50,003 bases of DNA, from positions 1 to 50,003 of the forward strand of contig JAEZBU010000098.1 of the NCBI GenBank assembly GCA_023426855.1, given 5' to 3'. This DNA is from Pseudomonadota bacterium (lineage in GTDB: Bacteria; Pseudomonadota; Alphaproteobacteria; Rhizobiales; Hyphomicrobiaceae). Position 1 is the stretch's first letter, and each line of letters begins with the position of its first letter. Below the pieces are notes generated by a model, which worked only from the letters and a program-made list of their open reading frames with translations, made no database searches and was not told the DNA's origin. Below, in pieces: positions 26,792-35,598 of the stretch. The position numbers were made by a program, and so were the translations under genes.

Positions 26792-27589
26792 TTAGCGCTT
26801 CACATTCGCCGGGTTGGCGCCGATAAGGATCGCCAATAGGCAAACTCCGAACGACAGCAGCGTCAGCATCGTCGAAACCGCGGCGATGACTGGGGTGTTC
26901 TCCCACATGATGCTGCTGTACATGCGCACCGGCAAAGTGATGGTCGATGGTCCGTTGAGGAACCATGCGATCACCACTTCGTCGAAGGAAGCCAGGAACG
27001 AGAACAGCAAACTGGCAAAGATCGCGACCTTCAATTGCGGCAGCACGACCTGCAAAAATACTCGTAGAGAAGAGGCGCCCATCAGCATCGCGGCGCGTTC
27101 GAGTGCCGGGTCGAGCTGTGTCATTCCGCTCAAAATCATGACTACGACGAACGGCATGCCGTACATCGCATGCGCCAGGATCATCATGAACATCTGACCC
27201 TGTGTGCCAAGTTTGGCTGCGACGAAATAAAGACCGAGTGCGATGACGATCACCGGCACGAATAGCGGTGAGATGACGGCCATTTGCACGATGTTTTTGC
27301 CGAAGAAATGGCCACGCGAAAAAGCGTAAGCAGCCGGAATGCCGGCGACTGTTGCAAGGATGGCAGAGGCCGTCGCGATGATGACGCTGTTCCACAGCGC
27401 CGACATCCACGCTTCCGAGCCGAAGAACTGCCGGAACAGGTTGAGCGACATGCGCGCGGTGTCGAGCGTGAAATCGCCAGCTTCCGATAAGGAAATCGGC
27501 ATTACGACAAGGCTGGGCAACACGAGATAAATGTAGACAAGACTGGCCAGGATGGTCGCGATCTTCGGAAAGCGGAAGCGGGACAGCAT
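26792..27589 (-). CDS. ABC permease, PotC-like
   Basis: Six TM segments, LERAAMLMGAS, SFDEVVIA, TLPVRMY. Confidence 0.92.
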   Translation of the reverse strand: MLSRFRFPKIATILASLVYIYLVLPSLVVMPISLSEAGDFTLDTARMSLNLFRQFFGSEAWMSALWNSVIIATASAILATVAGIPAAYAFSRGHFFGKNIVQMAVISPLFVPVIVIALGLYFVAAKLGTQGQMFMMILAHAMYGMPFVVVMILSGMTQLDPALERAAMLMGASSLRVFLQVVLPQLKVAIFASLLFSFLASFDEVVIAWFLNGPSTITLPVRMYSSIMWENTPVIAAVSTMLTLLSFGVCLLAILIGANPANVKR

Positions 27590-27592
27590 GGC

Positions 27593-28420
27593 TCAGCGCC
27601 CCGCCGAAGTTTGCAGCTTCAGGATTACTGCCGAAACGACGCTGCAGAAAACGAGCAGCAGCAAAGCAATCAGGGAGGCACTTTGCCAGTCGAGGATTTC
27701 GCGTGTGTACAGGTCAATGACGTTGGCCATCATCATGTCCTGTCGGCCGCCGAGCAATGCGGGAGTTACGAAAAAGCCCATCGATATGACGAGGCAAATC
27801 AGTAAGGCCGCGAAGACGCCGGGAAGGCTTTGCGGAAATGTGATCGACCAGAAAACCCGCAGAGGCGATGCGCCCATCACGTCAGCGGCGGATTGAATTG
27901 CCTGATTTTGTGCCGAGAGGCTTGCCAGTATTGGAAAGATGGCGAATGGGACGAGGAAATTCGTCATACCGACAATGACGGCAAAACGATTGAACATCAT
28001 GTCGAAGCCGTCGAGACCACCCGCCTGCAGAATCGTATTGATGATCCCGCGGTCGCCTAGAATGACGATGAAAGCGTAGCTCTTCACAAGAATGCTGGTC
28101 CAGAATGGAACCAGGATGAGTGTGAGGCAGATGGCTTTCCAAATTCTCGATTGCCTCATCACGTGCAACGCGACGGGATAAGCCAGGAGAACGCTGACGA
28201 TTGCCGCCGTGATACTGATTTCCAACGTGTTCATGAACACGCGGAAGACCAGATTGGACCCAACGACTTCGCGAATTCCGTCCAAAAAGGTGCGGCTTTC
28301 GCCTGCTGTATAGGTGGCGACGAAGGCCATCGGAATTACGAAAAGGCCGGCTGAAATCAGTATCGCCGGCCACGCAAAAGCGGCGAGCGATGGCAGCAAT
28401 TGATGACGTCCGGATGCCAT
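27593..28420 (-). CDS. ABC permease, PotB-like
   Basis: LAYPVA, PFWTSILVKSYA, AADVMGASP, FFVTPALLGG; GGAGGA RBS before ATG 28420. Confidence 0.92.
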   Translation of the reverse strand: MASGRHQLLPSLAAFAWPAILISAGLFVIPMAFVATYTAGESRTFLDGIREVVGSNLVFRVFMNTLEISITAAIVSVLLAYPVALHVMRQSRIWKAICLTLILVPFWTSILVKSYAFIVILGDRGIINTILQAGGLDGFDMMFNRFAVIVGMTNFLVPFAIFPILASLSAQNQAIQSAADVMGASPLRVFWSITFPQSLPGVFAALLICLVISMGFFVTPALLGGRQDMMMANVIDLYTREILDWQSASLIALLLLVFCSVVSAVILKLQTSAGR

Positions 28421-28457
28421 CGCGTCCTCCGGTGGTACAGGAGCGGCCACGTTGTAG

Positions 28458-28492
28458 TATCACTATGCGCTAACTAATATCATTTTACAATA
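28458..28492. promoter_or_regulatory. Tandem operator boxes (TATCR-N5-YGATA), 20-bp spacing
   Basis: TATCACTATGCGCTA (28458) and TATCATTTTACAATA (28478), one mismatch each. Confidence 0.7.
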
Positions 28493-28593
28493 TCGATAGC
28501 GAAATCTATGCTGCTCCATCACATCGGGGAGCCGAAAACAGCGAGCTGTTGTGCGCCTCTCTCAGCCGGGTCTTGCGATCGAGAAAGCGATTG

Positions 28594-29652
28594 ATGAGCA
28601 GCGTCGTCCTGAAGGGTATCGAGAAGAGCTATTCCGGCTTTCAAGCGCTCAGGGATATCAACCTGACCGTCGCCGGAGGTGAATTCCTGACACTTCTGGG
28701 CGCCAGCGGCTCGGGCAAGACAACGCTCTTGAATGTTGTTGCAGGTATGATCGCGCCGGACCGCGGAAGCGTGATTATCGGCGATCGCGATGTCACCCCT
28801 GTGCCGCCGCGTCAGCGTGGCCTGGGCATGGTGTTCCAGAGCTATGCGCTCGTGCCGCATATGTCCGTGTTCGACAATATCGCGTTTCCATTGCGGATCA
28901 GGCGCATGTCGACACAGGAAATCAAGGAGCGCGTTGGCAAGATCCTCGACATCGTTCAGCTCGGGCATATCGCGCAGCGCAAACCCCGCGAGCTGTCCGG
29001 CGGCCAGCAGCAACGCGTGGCTATAGCCCGCTGTCTCGTCTACGAGCCCCCGGTTATCCTGATGGATGAACCGCTCGGCGCGCTGGACAAGAAACTGCGC
29101 GAGCAGCTTCAGCAGGAAATCCGGCGTATTCACCAGGATATGGGCGTTACCATCCTGTACGTGACTCACGATCAGGAGGAAGCGCTTTATCTGTCGGACC
29201 GCATCTGTCTCATGCGAAACGGTATGATCGAGCAGCTCGGATCTCCGCGTGAGCTCTACTTCAAGCCATCCAACGCGTTCGTTGCCGATTTCATTGGTGA
29301 GTCAAACCTGCTGCGCTGCCAAGCCGAAGGCCAGGGCCGCGTCAAACTCGCAGCATCGGGGCAGAGCGTTGTCGTTGCGGGCACGGCGGATCAGTCTGTC
29401 GGGAGCGATGGGCGTTTGATGATCAGGCCCGACAAAGTAAAGATGCTGGCCGGCGGCGAAAGTGCGCCGAACGAGATCAGCGGTGTGGTCGAGGAAATCG
29501 CCTTTGTCGGCGAAACACTGCGCTATTCCGTGCGCAGCAGCGATGAAATCATCACGGTGAAGATGCCGGCTGCGAATGCGGCAGGTCTCACTGCAGGCAC
29601 TGAGATCAGGCTGGGCTGGCAGCCCGAGGATGGGCTGCTGCTGCGCGGTTAG
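28594..29652 (+). CDS. ABC ATP-binding protein, PotA-like
   Basis: GASGSGKT, FQSYALVPHM, LSGGQQQR, MDEPLGALDKKLRE. Confidence 0.94.
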   Translation: MSSVVLKGIEKSYSGFQALRDINLTVAGGEFLTLLGASGSGKTTLLNVVAGMIAPDRGSVIIGDRDVTPVPPRQRGLGMVFQSYALVPHMSVFDNIAFPLRIRRMSTQEIKERVGKILDIVQLGHIAQRKPRELSGGQQQRVAIARCLVYEPPVILMDEPLGALDKKLREQLQQEIRRIHQDMGVTILYVTHDQEEALYLSDRICLMRNGMIEQLGSPRELYFKPSNAFVADFIGESNLLRCQAEGQGRVKLAASGQSVVVAGTADQSVGSDGRLMIRPDKVKMLAGGESAPNEISGVVEEIAFVGETLRYSVRSSDEIITVKMPAANAAGLTAGTEIRLGWQPEDGLLLRG

Positions 29653-29671
29653 GGCGAAAGCGCCCTAACCG
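29646..29671. terminator. Hairpin between convergent genes, probable terminator
   Basis: CGGTTAGGGCG-AAAG-CGCCCTAACCG perfect 11-bp stem followed by TTGTTT. Confidence 0.8.
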
Positions 29672-29693
29672 TTGTTTGGTCAAAACGCCTTGA

Positions 29694-30755
29694 TCAGACG
29701 AGGATCCATTCCTTGAAGCGCTTATCGAGCGTTTCGTAGTTCTTGCCCCAGTACTCGTCATCGATGAACGCGTTCTTCGGGCTGGTCACGTCCGGGAGCC
29801 ACTTGCGTGCTTCGTCGGACATTAGCTTCGCGGATTCCGGCACGACCGGCGAAAGGCTGAGCTTTTCCGCCAGCTTGGCCTGGGTTTCCGGACGAAGAGC
29901 AAATGCGATGTAACCCATCGCTTCCTTCTTGCGCTTCGAGCCCTTCAGAACCGACATGTAGTTGAAGGCGTTGACGTTCTGCTCGAACGAGTAGGCCAGC
30001 GGCACGCCCGTCTGAACGGCGGCGCGAATGCGGTTCGGATAGGCGTAGATGAAGTCGATCTCGTTGCTCTGGATCAGCGTCACCATCTGCGGCGTCTGTT
30101 CGAACCACTTGCGCACCTGCGGTTTGATGCGATCAAGCGCCTTGAACCCGCGCTCGATGTCGAGCGGATAGAGGTCTTTGGGATCGACGCCGTCCGCGAG
30201 CAGGGCGACCTCCATCGTTTCCGAGATGCGATTGCGAAGTCCACGACGGCCCGGGAAGGCGCCGGCATCCCAGAATTCCGCGAACGTCTTGGGCTGCTTC
30301 TTTTGGTTGCCGGTCGTGTTCCAGGCAATGCCGCCGCAGTAGATGTAGTTGGCAACGCGATCGCGCCCGACGCCGCCGACCACCTTGGAGGTGTCGACGA
30401 TCGAGGTGTCGAGATCTTCCCAGTAATTATTGGTCGAGCCGGCCATGATCAGCGGGCCGCCTGCATCGAAGATGTCCCATTCGACATTTCCTGAGGAAAC
30501 CTGCGCCTTCACCCGCGCGATGTCCGGGGTGTTCAGGATCTGGACGGGTACGCCGGATTCCTTGGTGTAGGGATCGGCAATGACTTCCTTCAGCGCATCC
30601 GCATATGAGCCACCGTAGCTGACCATGACCAGCGGCGAGCCTTGCGCGCGACCGATGATTGCGGGGCCAAAGACCGTGAACGCTGCCGAGGCAGCGGCCG
30701 TCTTGAGAATTGTCCTGCGGCTGACGGTATTGCGAGTCGACTGATTTCCAGCCAT
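29694..30755 (-). CDS. ABC substrate-binding protein, PotD/PotF-like, Tat signal
   Basis: SRRTILK, SYGGSY, KAQVSSGNVEWD, FWDAGAFPGRRGL, ALLADGV..DLYPLD. Confidence 0.92.
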   Translation of the reverse strand: MAGNQSTRNTVSRRTILKTAAASAAFTVFGPAIIGRAQGSPLVMVSYGGSYADALKEVIADPYTKESGVPVQILNTPDIARVKAQVSSGNVEWDIFDAGGPLIMAGSTNNYWEDLDTSIVDTSKVVGGVGRDRVANYIYCGGIAWNTTGNQKKQPKTFAEFWDAGAFPGRRGLRNRISETMEVALLADGVDPKDLYPLDIERGFKALDRIKPQVRKWFEQTPQMVTLIQSNEIDFIYAYPNRIRAAVQTGVPLAYSFEQNVNAFNYMSVLKGSKRKKEAMGYIAFALRPETQAKLAEKLSLSPVVPESAKLMSDEARKWLPDVTSPKNAFIDDEYWGKNYETLDKRFKEWILV

Positions 30756-30771
30756 GCAACCTCTCCCTAGT

Positions 30772-30806
30772 TATCGAATATTGATATATAGTATCTAATA
30801 ATGTGA
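30772..30806. promoter_or_regulatory. Tandem operator boxes (TATCR-N5-YGATA), 20-bp spacing
   Basis: Perfect TATCGAATATTGATA (30772) and weaker TATCTAATAATGTGA (30792), upstream of the SBP gene. Confidence 0.72.
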
Positions 30807-30904
30807 CATGAGGATCGAATGCGCGCAATAGTGACGTGCGCAGACCGCCGCTGACGCGGCGCCGATTTATCAATTTCAGGTTTTGACGTGAGACTGCCGG
30901 AACT

Positions 30905-31762
30905 TTACAGGCGGTCTTCGGGCCGCATCGCCTGCGATGAACTGGACACCGCCCAGGCCAGTTCCAAGATGGCGGGCGCAAGGCGTTCTCGAGCCTGTTC
31001 CACGGTCGATTGCGTTGCGTTAGCCGCAGTGCCTACGGCCGCTATCACAGCGCCTGTTGGGCCGAAGACCGGCGCTGCGATCGAGATTTCCGTCTCGAAC
31101 GATTCCTTATGCGTGATCGCGAACCGGTTCTGGCGCACTTCCTCCAAACGGCGTTCGAGATCTTCGCGGGTCAGCAAGGTACGGCTCGCGTAGGGGACCG
31201 GCTTGGTCGCGTCGAGAATGCGCTTGCGCTCTTCCGGAGACTTGTAGGCAACGATCGCCTGCCCCAAGGCGCTGATATACCACGCAAACTTAGAGCCGAT
31301 CACGATGTTCGGATTGACCACGTAGCGGCTGCGGTAGCGCACCAGGAAAATGACGTCAGTGCCTTCGAGTTCGGCGAGGTTGACGGCTTCTCCGTGCTGG
31401 CTGTTCCACTCCTGCATGTAAGGCGTGGCGCGCTCAAGCAGCGCGTGATTGTGCAGGTAACTGGCACCGAGCTGGAGAACGCGGGACGTGAGGCTATACT
31501 GCCGGGTAGCAGGGTCTTTGTGGAGGAAGCCTAACGTGACCAGCGTTGCGGTGAAGCGCTGGGCGGCGCTCTTCTCCAAACCGGTTACGGCTGCGATTTG
31601 CGTCAGTGTCAGGTTAGGGCGGCCGTCATCGAACGCCTGAAGAACGCTTAGTCCCTTCTCAAGCGAGGAATTGAAGAGACCGCCGTGACGAGGCTTCGGC
31701 TCCGCCTTGCTGATGGCTTTCCGACCTCTCGTTCCGCGTGCAGCCGCGCTATCCATAATCAC
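30905..31762 (-). CDS. IclR-family transcriptional regulator
   Basis: SLEKGLSVLQAF...LTLTQIAAVTGLEKSAAQRFTATLVTLGFL; SALGQAI; SIAAPVF. Confidence 0.94.
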   Translation of the reverse strand: MIMDSAAARGTRGRKAISKAEPKPRHGGLFNSSLEKGLSVLQAFDDGRPNLTLTQIAAVTGLEKSAAQRFTATLVTLGFLHKDPATRQYSLTSRVLQLGASYLHNHALLERATPYMQEWNSQHGEAVNLAELEGTDVIFLVRYRSRYVVNPNIVIGSKFAWYISALGQAIVAYKSPEERKRILDATKPVPYASRTLLTREDLERRLEEVRQNRFAITHKESFETEISIAAPVFGPTGAVIAAVGTAANATQSTVEQARERLAPAILELAWAVSSSSQAMRPEDRL

Positions 31763-31849
31763 CCTTTCAGTGCATTCCGACCCTTCCTATCGCGTTGAAA
31801 GCGTACGATGACAATATGTGAGCCGCATGTTCGGTCTAAAGTTGGTCGG

Positions 31850-33430
31850 TTAAGTGTGAGTTTTACCCTTGGCCGGCTTGCGATGAACCTCTGAGTCCCA
31901 GGCCGCTTCCGCGGCCGTCGGCAGTTCCATCTTGCGGATTCGCTGTGTTGGACCGCGCGGAAAGTCTTCCACGACCTCTATAAAGCGCGGGAGCTGATAG
32001 TAGGCGAGGTGCTTCTCGCACCAGTCGTAGATCTCGCTGGGATCGACGTTTTGTTCCGGGGCGGGGCGGACGAAGGCTTTGATATCCTGCTCGCCCATCT
32101 GGGATGCCACGCCGATCACCGCAGATTCTTCGACGGCGGGATGGGCATTGATGACCCGCTCGACCTCCCATGCCGATACGTTCTCTCCGCGGCGGCGCAG
32201 GGCGTCCTTTTTGCGGCCGGAGAAGTAGAAATATCCGTTGGCGTCGCGATATCCGAGATCGCCGCTGAAAACGCAGCCGTCCCTCAGCACTTCGGCTGTT
32301 TTCTCCGGTTTGCCGAAGTATTCCTTCATCGTGATGCCGGGCAGTTTCGGGCGCATGACCAGTTCGCCCACCTCGCCGTCGGGCAGTGGTTTGCCGGTCT
32401 CGTCAGCGATGAAGACGTCGAATTCTTCCACTGCCTTGCCGATCGATCCGACCGGGCCGTCGTGGCTCAGCGTCGTGAAATTGCCGGCTTCGGTGATGCC
32501 GTAACCTTCCCGGATGGTCACGCCGAAGCGCTGCTCGAACGCCTGCCAGCTCTGTGTCGGCGCTGCCGCGCCCCAGGCGATTCGCACCGGATTGTCGGCG
32601 TCATCCGCGCGCTCGGGCTGCTTCAGCAGCAGGTTCATCGCGCCGCCGAGATAGTGAAGCTGGGTGGCGCCGAACTTGCGTATCTGATCCCAGCATCTCG
32701 ATGCACTGAAGCGCTCCACCATGCCTGACTTCACGCCGTGCTGAAGGCTCATCAGCACCGTCATCCAGCCAGCGACATGATAGAACGGCTCCCACAGGAA
32801 CAGCACGTCGCCAGGGCGAACTTCCGCGAGCAATCCTGCATTCTTGGCGCCGATCTGGAACCACCGTTCAGTCAGAACTGCGCCCTTTGGTTCGCCGGTC
32901 GTGCCTGACGTGTAGGAGATCATACACACCCGATCGAGCCCGCCAGGGGCTACGGGCGGGATGTCGCCACCGGCAGCAATTGCATCGTCAAGAGATGCGA
33001 AGCGGGGATCGTTCGTCGGATAGCCAACACCGCGCCACAGCACCTTCTCGACATTTTCATTGTCGGCGACGGCTTCCACCAGTTCGCCAAATCTTGCATC
33101 GGCGATGATCATGCGGGGGCGGGCACCCGCAAGCTGCGTGCGGATGCCCATTGCCTTGAGATGTACGCTGATCGGTAACGCGGTCGCGCCGATCCACGCC
33201 AGCGCGAAGAACAGGTAGATGTGATCGGGAACCGTTGGCAGCATCAGCCCGATGCGATCGCCGGGCTGAATACCGATGTTTTGCAGCCCGGCGGCTGCGC
33301 GGTCGATTCGCGCCTTCAGATCGGCGAAGGTAATGATGTCATCGCCGAACATGAGAAACGTATCTGAACCGTTGGTTTCCGCGCGCCGTTCGATCAGCCT
33401 GCGGAAAGTCTCGTTGAGCGGGTTTGTCAT
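31850..33430 (-). CDS. Acyl-CoA ligase, CaiC (crotonobetaine/carnitine-CoA ligase)-like
   Basis: YTSGTTGEPKG, EGYGITE, SGDLG, RKKDALRRRGENVS. Confidence 0.92.
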   Translation of the reverse strand: MTNPLNETFRRLIERRAETNGSDTFLMFGDDIITFADLKARIDRAAAGLQNIGIQPGDRIGLMLPTVPDHIYLFFALAWIGATALPISVHLKAMGIRTQLAGARPRMIIADARFGELVEAVADNENVEKVLWRGVGYPTNDPRFASLDDAIAAGGDIPPVAPGGLDRVCMISYTSGTTGEPKGAVLTERWFQIGAKNAGLLAEVRPGDVLFLWEPFYHVAGWMTVLMSLQHGVKSGMVERFSASRCWDQIRKFGATQLHYLGGAMNLLLKQPERADDADNPVRIAWGAAAPTQSWQAFEQRFGVTIREGYGITEAGNFTTLSHDGPVGSIGKAVEEFDVFIADETGKPLPDGEVGELVMRPKLPGITMKEYFGKPEKTAEVLRDGCVFSGDLGYRDANGYFYFSGRKKDALRRRGENVSAWEVERVINAHPAVEESAVIGVASQMGEQDIKAFVRPAPEQNVDPSEIYDWCEKHLAYYQLPRFIEVVEDFPRGPTQRIRKMELPTAAEAAWDSEVHRKPAKGKTHT

Positions 33431-33445
33431 CGGCGATGTGATCCG

Positions 33446-34234
33446 TTACGCGCGCGAAGCTTTACGGGCGGCGCGAATGCGGAGAAACTCCTCCATGCAG
33501 CGCTGCGGCTCGCCGGAGGCAAAGGCCGCGGTCTGCGCTTCCTCGGCAATCTCGAAAGCAAAATCGAATTGAGCCTGCGTCGCCTTGCGCGCGGCACGCT
33601 TTGTCAATTTCAAAGCGATCGGCGGCTTGCCGGCGAGTTCACGCGCCAGCGCAATGCTGCGTGGCAGAACATCGGCCGGTGCAACGATCTCGTTGAGCAG
33701 GCCGGTATGCTTGGCTTCCTCGGAATCGATCAGGCGACCAGTGAGGATCAAGTCCATGGTGCGCGCCAGACCAAGCCGCGGCTCAATGATCGCCCATGGC
33801 CCGACAACGCTCGGGATGCCGTTATTCAGCTCGGGCTGTCCCATGGTGACGCCGGCGTGACCGATGCGGAAGTCCATGAGCAGTGCCACTTGGAAACCGG
33901 ACCCAGCGGCCAGGCCATTGAGCGCGGCAATGGTCGGCTTTTCCAGCCCGCGAATGGTTTCGTAGAAATCCTTGATCGCCCAGAGCCACGAGTGCGCATC
34001 GCCGGCACCGTCAAAGGTCTGCGATTCATTGAAATCCTGACCGGAACAGAACGCCTTTTCACCGGCTCCGGTAAGAATGACGGCCTTTACGGCATCGTCG
34101 CTATTGAGCTCCACGAAAATGCGCCCCAGGTCGTCCCGCATCTTGTTCGTCCACGCGTTGTGGCGCTCCGGGCGGTCTAGCGTAACAATCGCAACACCGT
34201 CTTCGTTTTTGAGCTGCAGGTTCGGGTACGTCAT
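33446..34234 (-). CDS. Crotonase-superfamily protein (enoyl-CoA hydratase/isomerase family), CarB/ThnE-like
   Basis: FCSGQDFNE, KPTIAALNG, GSGFQVAL, QPELNNGI. Confidence 0.9.
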   Translation of the reverse strand: MTYPNLQLKNEDGVAIVTLDRPERHNAWTNKMRDDLGRIFVELNSDDAVKAVILTGAGEKAFCSGQDFNESQTFDGAGDAHSWLWAIKDFYETIRGLEKPTIAALNGLAAGSGFQVALLMDFRIGHAGVTMGQPELNNGIPSVVGPWAIIEPRLGLARTMDLILTGRLIDSEEAKHTGLLNEIVAPADVLPRSIALARELAGKPPIALKLTKRAARKATQAQFDFAFEIAEEAQTAAFASGEPQRCMEEFLRIRAARKASRA

Positions 34235-34284
34235 CGATTGCTCCTAGGTTTCAGGCCGCATCGTGCTGGCTGGTAGGATCGTAA

Positions 34285-34319
34285 TATCAAATAATGATAG
34301 AAACTATCATATTTTATGG
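34285..34319. promoter_or_regulatory. Tandem operator boxes (TATCR-N5-YGATA), 20-bp spacing
   Basis: Perfect TATCAAATAATGATA (34285) and a half-matching TATCATATTTTATGG (34305). Confidence 0.72.
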
Positions 34320-34417
34320 ATTCAGCGCGCAGGGAATACTCGTCTGCCATGGTTTGCATCTCTTCAACTGATGGGTGCGGCGCCGTTAAGGGCGCAGTTG
34401 ACAGCTCTTAGAATTGA

Positions 34418-34452
34418 GATCACTATTCGATATACACTATCGAAATAAGATA
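34418..34452. promoter_or_regulatory. Tandem operator boxes (TATCR-N5-YGATA), 20-bp spacing
   Basis: GATCACTATTCGATA (34418) and TATCGAAATAAGATA (34438), one mismatch each. Confidence 0.72.
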
Positions 34453-34496
34453 CTTCCTCGCGCGCGAGCGTCGAGGCCAATCCTTGCGAGGCATCG

Positions 34497-35567
34497 TTGA
34501 CAACCGAAGACCTCACCGAGCTGCGCGCTGACTGCGCGTTGGCTGCCAAATTCTGGGGCCGTACTTTCGGCGCGATGGGTGCAATCGTCTTCCGAGAAAA
34601 GGGAGAGGATGCAATCAAGCGGCTTTGGGCGCTGATGCTGCATCAACATCAGCAGGGCTTCTATCATCAGGGGCTCATCAAGCTCGGCATTTCGCCCGAT
34701 GAACCTCCCGCAGTGATTGCCGGAAAGTATCACTGGTACACCAACCTGATCGGTGGCCTCACCATGGAGTACGTGGAGGAGACCCCGAAGAAGGTCTGGA
34801 TCCGCTACACCGCGCCAATGTGGACCTATCCCGGCACCACCATGATGGCGATGCCAGCCTCGCTGCGCAGAACGATCTTCTCGATTTGGCATCCGGCCAA
34901 CGGCCGCATGATGGGCAATAAACGCCTAGGCTGGGTGGCGACGAAATTCGTCATGGAAGGTGCGCCTTACGATGAAGGGTACTTCATCGAGTATGATCAT
35001 GATTTGAAACCAGGCGAGGAACTGCGGTTCGAGCAGGCGGCGCATACGCCGGAGTTCGACCCGACCAAGGCGCCGCGTCTGGACGAGAAGTTGTGGCCAG
35101 AAGCGCGCATGCTCAAGGCGCGTCGCAACTGGTCGCGCGAATACGTCGCCACGACGCTTGATTGCCTTCTGCAAATGTATGGTCCGCAAACGACGTACTA
35201 TTTGTGGGATCAGACCATGCGCTGTCTTGCCGTGCAGTATGCGCACGAATTGAAAGCGGATGCCGGCGTCGAGGGAAAGGAGACCGCTGACATTGCGACT
35301 TTCTTCGCCCGGATGCTCAAAGCGCAGAACCAGCAGTTTGAGCTTCAGAAACTCTCGGACGAGCGGTATGCGATTCACCTGAAGTCGTTCTTGCCTTTTG
35401 CCAACGACGCACCCGAAGAACTGCGGCATGCGAGCTTTGCCTTCCAGAACGTAGCAGCGTGGACGCTGAACGGGCGGATTTCGGTCACGCGCCGGCCAGA
35501 ACCTGACGGACGCAATCCGAATGCGGAAGTCTGGGAAATCTCAAACGCCGGTCGCTGGCTGTACTAA
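34497..35567 (+). CDS. Hypothetical protein (356 aa), soluble, first gene of ligase-nitroreductase operon
   Basis: Long ORF with normal codon usage filling the gap between the operator and the ligase gene; TTG start after GAGG. Confidence 0.85.
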   Translation: MTTEDLTELRADCALAAKFWGRTFGAMGAIVFREKGEDAIKRLWALMLHQHQQGFYHQGLIKLGISPDEPPAVIAGKYHWYTNLIGGLTMEYVEETPKKVWIRYTAPMWTYPGTTMMAMPASLRRTIFSIWHPANGRMMGNKRLGWVATKFVMEGAPYDEGYFIEYDHDLKPGEELRFEQAAHTPEFDPTKAPRLDEKLWPEARMLKARRNWSREYVATTLDCLLQMYGPQTTYYLWDQTMRCLAVQYAHELKADAGVEGKETADIATFFARMLKAQNQQFELQKLSDERYAIHLKSFLPFANDAPEELRHASFAFQNVAAWTLNGRISVTRRPEPDGRNPNAEVWEISNAGRWLY

Positions 35568-35598
35568 GGCGCCTGGCGCTTCAATTCGCGAGTTTTGG

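Noticed and set aside
33446..34234. Carbapenem biosynthetic cluster
   Set aside because: Only a CarB-like crotonase; no CarA/CarC-like genes, and the context is uptake and catabolism.
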